Part shown: piece by piece, positions 44,502-51,587 of the stretch
Numbering within the stretch: position 1 is the first letter of the stretch
Layout: each line of letters begins with the position of its first letter
NCBI GenBank assembly: GCA_964603705.1
Contig: CAZRWC010000001.1
Location: 1 to 51,587 of the forward strand
DNA from: an uncultured Acholeplasmataceae bacterium
GTDB lineage: Bacteria > Bacillota_I > Bacilli_A > Acholeplasmatales > Acholeplasmataceae
Direction of reading: 5' to 3'
Length of the DNA: 51,587 nucleotides
The notes under the pieces: model-generated
What the model was told of the DNA's origin: nothing
What the model saw: only the letters and a program-made list of their open reading frames with translations
Database searches by the model: none
Position numbers and translations under genes: made by a program

Positions 44502-46451
44502 ATGTTTGAATTAGTAACAAGTTATAAGCCAAGTGGTGATCAACCACAGGCAATAGAAAACTTAATCAATAATATCAATAACGGTATTAAAGAACAAGTC
44601 TTACTTGGTGCAACCGGCACAGGCAAGACTTTTACGATTGCCAATATTATTCAAAAACTAGGTAAAAAAACTTTAGTCTTAGCACCTAATAAAACCTTAG
44701 CTGGACAATTATATGGCGAATTAAAAACACTTTTTCCAAATAATCGAGTCGAATACTTTATTTCATATTATGATTATTATCAACCAGAAGCTTATGTTGT
44801 CTCTAGTGACACCTATATAGAAAAAGATGCTAGTATCAATGACGAAATAGATGAGTTTCGTCATAGTGCAACCGCCTCGTTATTATCAAATGACGATGTT
44901 ATAGTGGTTGCTAGTGTTTCTTGTATTTATGGTATCGGAGATATCGAAGATTACAAAAATTCAACGATTTTTCTAAGGGTTGGAGAAGAATATAGTCGCA
45001 GCAATTTAATTAATAAATTAGTCGAATTAACATATGAAAGAAATGATTTTGATTTTAAACGCGGAAGTTTTAGAGTTAGAGGAGATTTAGTTGATGTTGT
45101 TCCAATTTCTCAACATGATCAAGGGATAAGAATCCAATTTTTTGGTGATGAAATTGAAGAAATATTTAAGTTTGATATTGTAACCGGAAAAATGATTGAA
45201 AAGACTTCATTTGTAACTGTTTTTCCAGCTACGCACTTCGTTACCAATCCTGAAAAACTAGCTATAGCAATCGAAAGAATTAGAGAAGAGTTAGAAGATA
45301 GAATCAAATACTTTAAGGAAAAAGATTTATTGCTTGAAGCCCAAAGGATTGAATTAAGAACTAGGTATGACCTAGAGATGTTAGAAGAAATCGGTTTTAC
45401 TAGTGGAGTTGAAAATTATTCTAGACACCTAGCCTTAAAAGCCGAAAATGAAACACCTACTACCTTAATGGATTTTTTTGGCGATGACTATCTATTAATT
45501 ATTGATGAATCACATGTAACAATTCCTCAAGTCAAGGGAATGTATCGTGGTGATAGGTCTAGAAAAGAAACTTTAGTCAACTTTGGTTTTAGATTACCAA
45601 GTGCGCTTGATAATCGACCACTAAGGTTTGATGAGTTTGAAGAAAAAGTTGATAAAGTAATTTATTTATCGGCTACCCCAGGACCATATGAATTAGAAAA
45701 AAATATTCCAATCATTGAACAAATTATCCGTCCAACCTTTTTAATTGATCCTGAAGTTATCGTAAGACCAGCTTATGGTCAAATAGATGATTTATATTTT
45801 GAAATTAAAAAAAGAATCAATCATAACGAAAGAGTCTTAGTTACAACCCTAACAATTAAAATGAGCGAAGATTTAACGGCTCATTTTAAAGAAATGGGAT
45901 TAAAGGTAGCATATCTTCATAGTGAAATTAAATCGCTTGAAAGAATTGTTATTTTAAATGATTTAAGAAAAGGTAAATATGATGTTTTAGTCGGAATCAA
46001 TCTTTTAAGAGAAGGACTAGATTTACCAGAAGTAAGTCTAGTGGCGATTTTAGATGCCGATAAACAAGGCTTTTTAAGAAGCGAAAGAAGTTTAATTCAA
46101 ACTATCGGTCGCGCTGCTAGAAACATTAACGGTCAAGTAATAATGTATGCTAATTCAATTAGTGAATCGATGGAAAAAGCCATCAATGAAACTAACAGAA
46201 GACGTGAGATTCAACAAATATATAATCAAACAAATAATTTAAAACCATTAAGTATTACTAAAGAGATTAGAGAAGTTATTTCGCTAACGAGCTTGATAGA
46301 AGAAAAGAGCGAATTAACTTCATTTACCAAAGAAGATTTGAAAAAACAAATTAAAATTATTGAAAAAGAAATGCTAGCAGCAGCTAAAAACTATGAATTT
46401 GAAAAAGCCGCCGAGTTAAGAGATATTCTATTCGAATTAAAAGCGCTATAA
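44502..46451 (+). CDS. uvrB: Excinuclease ABC subunit B
   Basis: From ATG 44502 it reads [21 protein letters not shown], the canonical UvrB N-terminus. It has Walker [15 protein letters not shown], the beta-hairpin region [16 protein letters not shown] and a C-terminal UVR motif ([10 protein letters not shown]). Confidence 0.95.
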   Translation: MFELVTSYKPSGDQPQAIENLINNINNGIKEQVLLGATGTGKTFTIANIIQKLGKKTLVLAPNKTLAGQLYGELKTLFPNNRVEYFISYYDYYQPEAYVVSSDTYIEKDASINDEIDEFRHSATASLLSNDDVIVVASVSCIYGIGDIEDYKNSTIFLRVGEEYSRSNLINKLVELTYERNDFDFKRGSFRVRGDLVDVVPISQHDQGIRIQFFGDEIEEIFKFDIVTGKMIEKTSFVTVFPATHFVTNPEKLAIAIERIREELEDRIKYFKEKDLLLEAQRIELRTRYDLEMLEEIGFTSGVENYSRHLALKAENETPTTLMDFFGDDYLLIIDESHVTIPQVKGMYRGDRSRKETLVNFGFRLPSALDNRPLRFDEFEEKVDKVIYLSATPGPYELEKNIPIIEQIIRPTFLIDPEVIVRPAYGQIDDLYFEIKKRINHNERVLVTTLTIKMSEDLTAHFKEMGLKVAYLHSEIKSLERIVILNDLRKGKYDVLVGINLLREGLDLPEVSLVAILDADKQGFLRSERSLIQTIGRAARNINGQVIMYANSISESMEKAINETNRRREIQQIYNQTNNLKPLSITKEIREVISLTSLIEEKSELTSFTKEDLKKQIKIIEKEMLAAAKNYEFEKAAELRDILFELKAL

Positions 46452-46506
46452 ATAAGTTTAAAAAATTTCATGTTTTCACATTATTTAGACAAAAGTTATG
46501 ATTTTT

Positions 46507-46535
46507 TTGGTGTTTTTGAGATTTATTTGTATAAT
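46507..46535 (+). promoter_or_regulatory. Putative promoter of the acyltransferase/transporter pair
   Basis: TTGGTG (46507-46512), a 17-nt spacer ending in TG, and TATAAT (46530-46535). Confidence 0.4.
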
Positions 46536-46579
46536 TTTAACAACGCTTAAGTATATATTGTGCGAAATGGGGTGTAAAG

Positions 46580-47803
46580 ATGAAAAAGAAACGAGAAGTT
46601 AAACTAAGACATTTTATAATAACTAGATTAGCATATCCTATTTTGTGGTTCTTTTTTGTTAGACCATATCGGATAAAAATTATTAAGGATGAAAGAATCA
46701 AAACGTTAAAAGGCCCATATCTTGTTTTAGCAAATCACACAATCAATCACGATCCGATAATTTTAGGATTTCATTTTCCCAAAAATCTTTATTATATTGC
46801 AACTGAACAAATCTTTAATTTAGGATTTCTTTCTAAATTACTAGTGTTTGCTGTAAACCCAATTAAAAAAACTAAATCAGTTAGTGATTTAGGCACGATT
46901 AAAATGATTAAAAGAGTTACTAATGAAGGGGGAAGTATAGGTGTGTATCCCGAAGGTAATACAACCTATACCGGTGAAACCGCTCAAATTAATATTGCAA
47001 TTGTAAAATTAATTAAAATGTTAAAACTACCGGTTGTTATTATCAACACAAAAGGTCTATATTTATCTTTTCCTAGATGGTCGGTTTATCCCAAAAAAGG
47101 TAAAACAACTAGTTTTGTAAGAAGCCTATATTTACCAGAAGAAATTATTGATTATTCTGAAACAGAATTATATGAAATTATTAAAAATGATTTATATGTA
47201 AACGCCTATCAAGACCAAGAAAATGATCAAGATTTATATCGTGGGAAAAAAATTGCTCACGGATTAGAAAGATTGATTTTTATAGATTTGTTAAAAAACA
47301 TTCCGTTTGTAACGTATAGTGAAAATAACAAGCTAAAATCTACTGCCAGCGATTTTGAACTAACATATCAAGAAAACGGCAAGGTTTTAACGACAGATAA
47401 TCAAGAAAAAACACTAATCGAAGTCGATAAAGAAGTAAAACTAGCCTATTTTGATTTTTATAAAAATTATACCAGTAACAAACTTTATGAGGAAAACGTG
47501 GTAGTAACTGAGACATTTTCAAATAAAAAAATTAAACTAGGGGAAGCACGATGCTTTTTAAATAAAGACTCAATCGTATTATATTTTAAAGATAGAGATA
47601 TTAATTTATATTATAATGATATAAATAGTATGGCAATTCAAGGGAAAAAGCAAATAATTGTTTACTTAAATTACCAAACTTATTTAATTGGATTAGATGA
47701 TTATGCTAGTCCGTACAAATATATTTTGACTTATCAGTTTTATAAATATCTTCAAATAGGAGGAGTGAGTATTAATGACAAGCTTTCAGAGTTCGGAATT
47801 TAA
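46580..47803 (+). CDS. PlsC-family (lysophospholipid) acyltransferase with a ~200-aa C-terminal extension of unknown function
   Basis: 407 aa with the HX4D motif (ANHTINHDPI) and an FPEG-type motif (VYPEGNTTYTG) in the N-terminal half. The C-terminal half has no recognisable motif. Confidence 0.7.
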   Translation: MKKKREVKLRHFIITRLAYPILWFFFVRPYRIKIIKDERIKTLKGPYLVLANHTINHDPIILGFHFPKNLYYIATEQIFNLGFLSKLLVFAVNPIKKTKSVSDLGTIKMIKRVTNEGGSIGVYPEGNTTYTGETAQINIAIVKLIKMLKLPVVIINTKGLYLSFPRWSVYPKKGKTTSFVRSLYLPEEIIDYSETELYEIIKNDLYVNAYQDQENDQDLYRGKKIAHGLERLIFIDLLKNIPFVTYSENNKLKSTASDFELTYQENGKVLTTDNQEKTLIEVDKEVKLAYFDFYKNYTSNKLYEENVVVTETFSNKKIKLGEARCFLNKDSIVLYFKDRDINLYYNDINSMAIQGKKQIIVYLNYQTYLIGLDDYASPYKYILTYQFYKYLQIGGVSINDKLSEFGI

Positions 47804-49250
47804 ATCCTGGGAATTAATTATTGGTTTTGCCATTTTGGCATTGATTATGTTATTAGGCAATATTATTAGAAGAAAGATTAAGTTTTTTAGAAACTTGTTA
47901 TTTCCAACGGCTATTATTGCGGGATTTTTAGGGTTGGGTGTAAAATATTTATTTTATTATTCACCAGAAATAATGGCGGGAATATTTAAATATACTTCTA
48001 GTTCTTTAGATGGAGTTAAAAATATAACTCATAGTTATAATTGGATGTTGCAAAGTATTACCTATCATTCATTGGCTTTAGGGTTTATTGCTTTAGGTTT
48101 GAAAACAACCAAAGATTCTAAAACCAAAAAGATTAAAGGAAGACCAATTAAAACCGGCTTATTAATTGTTAATACCTATCTTTTACAAGGGATTATTGGC
48201 CTTATTTTTACAATTGGTTTAGGGTATATTTGGGCTAGTGTTAGTAAGTATAGCGGAGTTTTATTACCAATGGGCTTTGGGCAAGGGCCTGGACAAGCCA
48301 ATAACATAGGTTTGGTATTTGAAGGTCAAGGCTTTGCTGGTGGCCAAGCTTTTGGACTAGCAATCGCTACAATTGGTTTTGTTTGGGCTAGTGTAGCAGG
48401 CGTTTTTTATATAAATAAAAGAGCGAAAGAAGGAAAATTAACTAGGGTTTCTGAAGAAAAAGCCAAATCAGTTAGCAACCATGAAATTGAGTCTGAAGAT
48501 GAAATACCGGTTGCTGAAGCGATCGATAAAATGAGTATCCAAATCATTTTGATTGTGATTACCTATGCGATGGCTTATGGTTTTATGTACTTAGTTACGT
48601 GGTTAATTGGTAGTGGTTCGGATTTTGCCAATAGTATGACTAGTCTAATTTGGGGTTTTAACTTTATTTTTGCGATGTTATTTGCGATTTTAGTAAAACT
48701 TGTTATTAAGTTTTTAAGGAAAAAAGGTTGGATGAAACGCAGATATACTAATGAATATATTTTAAATCGAATTTCAGGAGTCTTATTTGATTTCATGGTA
48801 GCGGCCTCATTGATGTCAATTAATATTGAAAGTTTAATTGACACAGGTTTGATTGTAACTTTAATTTTAATGACAACAGCTGCAGGAATAATTACTTATT
48901 TCTATTTGATTTATGCCACTAAAAGAGTTTATCCAGATTATCAACACGAAGCGTTTGCAACTTTATTTGGTAATTTGACTGGAACTGCTCCTAATGGAAT
49001 TGCTTTACTTAGAGAAATTGATCCTGATTTTGAAACACCTGCCTCAGATGATTTGGTTACTGGTTCCTCATCAGCTGTGATGTTTGGAGCACCAATTTTA
49101 ATTATCACAGGAATAATATATCTACCTGAATGGTATTATTTGTGGGGCTCATTTATAGCTATGATTATCTTTTTTGTAATTTTTAATTTCTTTATGTTAA
49201 GAACTAAAAAAATAAAAAAAGTGGCGGAAGAAACAGAAATTAGTGAATAA
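47775..49250 (+). CDS. Polytopic transporter, sodium/glutamate symporter (GltS/ESS)-like
   Basis: 491 aa with at least 10 TM segments. The N-terminus (LIMLLGNIIRRKIKFFRNLLFPTAIIAGFLGLG) and the central GFGQGPGQAN...GLAIATIGFVWASVAG resemble E. coli GltS by eye. AGGAGG lies 8 nt upstream. It overlaps the upstream gene by 29 nt. Confidence 0.5.
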   Translation: MTSFQSSEFKSWELIIGFAILALIMLLGNIIRRKIKFFRNLLFPTAIIAGFLGLGVKYLFYYSPEIMAGIFKYTSSSLDGVKNITHSYNWMLQSITYHSLALGFIALGLKTTKDSKTKKIKGRPIKTGLLIVNTYLLQGIIGLIFTIGLGYIWASVSKYSGVLLPMGFGQGPGQANNIGLVFEGQGFAGGQAFGLAIATIGFVWASVAGVFYINKRAKEGKLTRVSEEKAKSVSNHEIESEDEIPVAEAIDKMSIQIILIVITYAMAYGFMYLVTWLIGSGSDFANSMTSLIWGFNFIFAMLFAILVKLVIKFLRKKGWMKRRYTNEYILNRISGVLFDFMVAASLMSINIESLIDTGLIVTLILMTTAAGIITYFYLIYATKRVYPDYQHEAFATLFGNLTGTAPNGIALLREIDPDFETPASDDLVTGSSSAVMFGAPILIITGIIYLPEWYYLWGSFIAMIIFFVIFNFFMLRTKKIKKVAEETEISE

Positions 49251-49273
49251 GTATTAAAAACATATATTTCCGG

Positions 49274-49302
49274 TTGACAATTAATCAAAATACAAATATA
49301 AT
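49274..49302 (+). promoter_or_regulatory. Consensus sigma-70-type promoter driving the T-box leader
   Basis: TTGACA (49274-49279), a 17-nt spacer and TATAAT (49297-49302), both hexamers perfect. Confidence 0.7.
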
Positions 49303-49309
49303 AGGTAAA

Positions 49310-49510
49310 ACTGTATAAATAAACAAGTAATTTAACATTTAATAAGTAAAGAGAGTTTCAGTTGGTGAAAAGAAACCTTATTAAGTTAAATGAATGGGCT
49401 ATTTATTTTAATTTAATTTAAAACGGTTTTTAATTTTGAGGTAAACGCAAGTTTATGAAATTGGGTGGCACCACGATAGATTCGTCCCAAACGAATTTAT
49501 CGTTTTTTTT
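49310..49510 (+). promoter_or_regulatory. T-box riboswitch leader, predicted tryptophan (UGG) specifier, with terminator/antiterminator
   Basis: Stem I elements are AGAGAG (49349-49355 region) and the distal GGTGAAAA loop. The specifier-loop context is GAA-TGG-G, with TGG at 49395-49397. The conserved T-box sequence is AATTGGGTGGCACCACG (49459-49475). The terminator is gatagattcgt-cccaa-acgaatttatc followed by T8 (49476-49510). Confidence 0.8.
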
Positions 49511-49532
49511 ATTAATAAAATATTAGAAAGGA

Positions 49533-50801
49533 ATGTATACTAAAAAGTTTTCAAAAATTATGTATACAGAAAAAAAGATGAAAAAGAAGATTGCTAATTT
49601 AGAGAAATATTTAAAGGAGTTTCCAAATAAAGCTGGTTATTATGGTATCTATGGTGGTAGCTATATCGATGATAATTTTAAAAAAGCTTTTCTAGAAATC
49701 GCCAATTTTTATGAAACAATCAAAGAAGATGAACAGTTTTTACATGAATTAAGCGAAATCAGAAAAAATTATCAAGGCAGAGAAACACCAGTTTATTTCG
49801 CTAGAAATTTAACTAAATTAATTGGAGGGGCCAATATATATTTAAAAAGAGAAGATTTAAATCATACTGGTGCCCATAAATTAAATCACACAATGGCTGA
49901 AGCTTTGATAGCCAAAAAAATGGGCAAAACTAAATTAATAGCTGAAACCGGTGCTGGGCAACATGGATTAGCGGTTGCGACCGCTGCAGCTTATTTTGGT
50001 TTAGAATGTGAAATTCATATGGGTGAAGTTGATATCATTAAACAAAGTTCAAATGTCGCTAAGATGAAGATTTTAGGGGCAAAAGTAGTTGTTGTAAAGG
50101 AAGGCTATAAAACTTTAAAGGAAGCCGTAGATTCAGCTTTCATTGCTTATTCAAACGATTTAAAAAATAGTATGTATGCAATTGGATCTGCCGTTGGTCC
50201 GCACCCGTTTCCAAAGATGATTCGTGATTTTCAATCTGTCATTGGAAAAGAAGCTAAAAGGCAATTTATGGCTTTAAAAGGAAAACTTCCTGATGCACTG
50301 GTGGCATGCGTTGGTGGTGGTAGTAATGCAATTGGTTTATTTGGGCCATTTTTATCTGATGATATTCAAATGTTTGGAGTTGAGCCATTAGGAAGAGGCG
50401 AAAAAATCGGTGATAATGCAGCTAGGTTTATAGTTGGTGAAGAAGGAATTCTTCATGGCTTTAAATCGATTGTTATAAAGGATGAAAAAGGCGAACCGGC
50501 ACCAGTTTATTCCATTGCCAGTGGTCTAGATTATATATTTGTGGGGTTTGAACATGCTTATTTAAATGGGATTGATCGAGTAAAATATGTTGCAATTAAT
50601 GACGAAGAAGCAGTTGAAGCATTTTTATTACTATCTAAAACCGAAGGCATAATTCCGGCTTTAGAAAGCGCACACGCAGTTGCATATGGAATGAAACTAG
50701 CGAAAGAAATGAAAACAGGCGATATATTGATAAATCTTTCGGGGCGCGGCGATAAAGATGTTGATTTTATTATTGAAAATGAAAATTTAAAAACATTTTA
50801 A
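49533..50801 (+). CDS. trpB: Tryptophan synthase beta chain (stand-alone)
   Basis: It has [23 protein letters not shown] (the PLP lysine), [24 protein letters not shown]-type region and SGRGDKD. The start is ambiguous between ATG 49533, 49560 and 49578, and none has a well-spaced SD. Confidence 0.93.
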   Translation: MYTKKFSKIMYTEKKMKKKIANLEKYLKEFPNKAGYYGIYGGSYIDDNFKKAFLEIANFYETIKEDEQFLHELSEIRKNYQGRETPVYFARNLTKLIGGANIYLKREDLNHTGAHKLNHTMAEALIAKKMGKTKLIAETGAGQHGLAVATAAAYFGLECEIHMGEVDIIKQSSNVAKMKILGAKVVVVKEGYKTLKEAVDSAFIAYSNDLKNSMYAIGSAVGPHPFPKMIRDFQSVIGKEAKRQFMALKGKLPDALVACVGGGSNAIGLFGPFLSDDIQMFGVEPLGRGEKIGDNAARFIVGEEGILHGFKSIVIKDEKGEPAPVYSIASGLDYIFVGFEHAYLNGIDRVKYVAINDEEAVEAFLLLSKTEGIIPALESAHAVAYGMKLAKEMKTGDILINLSGRGDKDVDFIIENENLKTF

Positions 50802-50860
50802 AAACATTTTAAATGAATAGTCATTATAAATTTATTGTTATTTTTTAAAAAACACGATAC

Positions 50861-50887
50861 AAAAAAAGGGCGCTTTTGCCCTTTTTT
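50861..50887. terminator. Bidirectional terminator between trpB and the ROK gene
   Basis: An A7 run, then gggc-gctttt-gccc, then a T6 run, lying between convergent genes. Confidence 0.75.
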
Positions 50888-50978
50888 AAATGGTTGATGA
50901 AAAAAGTTATAAAAAGTGTTTACAAAACTTAATTCATGTGTTAAACTATGTTTGGAAACGATTTCACTAGCTCGTAGT

Positions 50979-51587
50979 TTAAGAGTTATTTAAACGGTAA
51001 TTATCTAACTTTAGATAACGCTTAACTAGATGATGAGCTAATCCAATAACGATAGCTTTAGATTTATATTTTGAAGTTCCAAGAAAATCAAGCGATAAAA
51101 CTTGTGAGCGAAGTCCGTTTTTAACCAATGAGATAGTTTCTGGCACAAAGTCAACGATTTTATTGTTGATAATGATAGATTTCGGATTAAAAATATGTGA
51201 AACATTATTAACAGTATATAGTAAATTTTGAACAAAATCTTTATAAACTGTTTCAGCCGCGTAATCATGATTTTTGTATAAAATTAAAAATTCTTCCATG
51301 TCAACTGGCTGCTTAGTAAGTTCAAAATAAGATTGTAATACGCCTTTATCAGAAATGTAAGTTTCCAAGCATCCTTGATTACCGCACACACACTTACGAC
51401 CATTAGGAACTATTATCGTATGACCTAATTCTCCAGCGAACCCGGTTTCTCCGGAATACAATTTGTTATTAATTACAATTCCCATACCGACACCAAGACC
51501 AATATTTAATAAGACTAAATTGCTATGATCGGGATGGTTAATCGACTCACCGTAAGCAGCGATGTTCGCTTCGTTTTCGATAAAAGT
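50979..51587 (-). CDS. ROK-family protein (sugar kinase or repressor), C-terminal part; 5' end lies beyond the window
   Basis: The reading frame is open to the window edge (TFIENEANIAAYGESI...NIGLGVGMGIV). It carries the ROK signature GFAGELGH and the zinc motif CVCGNQGCLETY. Confidence 0.85.
   Translation of the reverse strand, partial: TFIENEANIAAYGESINHPDHSNLVLLNIGLGVGMGIVINNKLYSGETGFAGELGHTIIVPNGRKCVCGNQGCLETYISDKGVLQSYFELTKQPVDMEEFLILYKNHDYAAETVYKDFVQNLLYTVNNVSHIFNPKSIIINNKIVDFVPETISLVKNGLRSQVLSLDFLGTSKYKSKAIVIGLAHHLVKRYLKLDNYRLNNS

Noticed and set aside
49533-49580. Duplicated ATGTATAC at 49533 and 49560 as a possible repeat or leader peptide ahead of trpB
   Set aside because: Both copies are in frame with trpB and lie downstream of the T-box terminator. 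This is most simply start-codon ambiguity rather than a separate feature.
1-51587. Possibility that TGA encodes Trp (genetic code 4, as in Mycoplasma/Spiroplasma)
   Set aside because: Conserved proteins terminate at TGA at the expected C-termini, frequently with an ATGA start/stop overlap to the next gene. Reading through would fuse unrelated proteins.
1-51587. Search for tRNA, rRNA, CRISPR arrays, IS elements, integrases or prophage genes
   Set aside because: Intergenic regions are short apart from the flanks of the TIR cassette. None shows cloverleaf-like structure, regularly spaced direct repeats, terminal inverted repeats around a transposase, or recombinase motifs. Therefore the cassette cannot be called a mobile element from this window.

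Overview
Low-GC, tightly packed bacterial chromosome segment. TGA is a stop codon here (genetic code 11). The gene content and Bacillus-like local synteny fit a wall-less Firmicutes/Mollicutes relative such as Acholeplasma; that assignment is inference only. Most of the window is housekeeping. It holds the dnaB 3' end; prfA-prmC-tsaC-rpiB-upp running straight into a complete nine-gene V-type (Ntp-like) ATPase operon; and cca-yhaM. It also holds a 942-aa lipoprotein; a walJ-like MBL gene with rlmH; and mscL. Next come a shikimate/chorismate cluster (DAHP synthase, aroB, aroA, a chorismate mutase-aroE fusion, aroC); recG-plsX-rnc; and dnaD-like-nth. After those come an XRE-family regulator next to a membrane-anchored protein of tandem Ig-like repeats; flavodoxin; and dnaE. 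The remainder is a divergent PPi-PFK/ATP-PFK pair; uvrB; an acyltransferase; a GltS-like transporter; a Trp T-box leader in front of a lone trpB; and a partial ROK gene. I found no rRNA, tRNA, CRISPR array, transposase or integrase. The clear outlier is a roughly 4 kb accessory-looking insert between pfkA and uvrB (about 40449-44501). It carries a promoter-like element and three tightly spaced genes. These are an SPFH/YdjI-like gene with a SHOCT tail that is broken by two single-base frameshifts, an unknown 4-TM coiled-coil membrane protein, and an intact Zn-ribbon/TPR-like/TIR protein ending in an FtsK-gamma-like winged helix. It is flanked by unusually long non-coding AT-rich DNA containing a perfect 19-bp inverted repeat. 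I consider this the best candidate for an uncharacterised TIR-based defence or membrane-stress module. All calls rest on reading the translations and motifs by eye; no database search was run.
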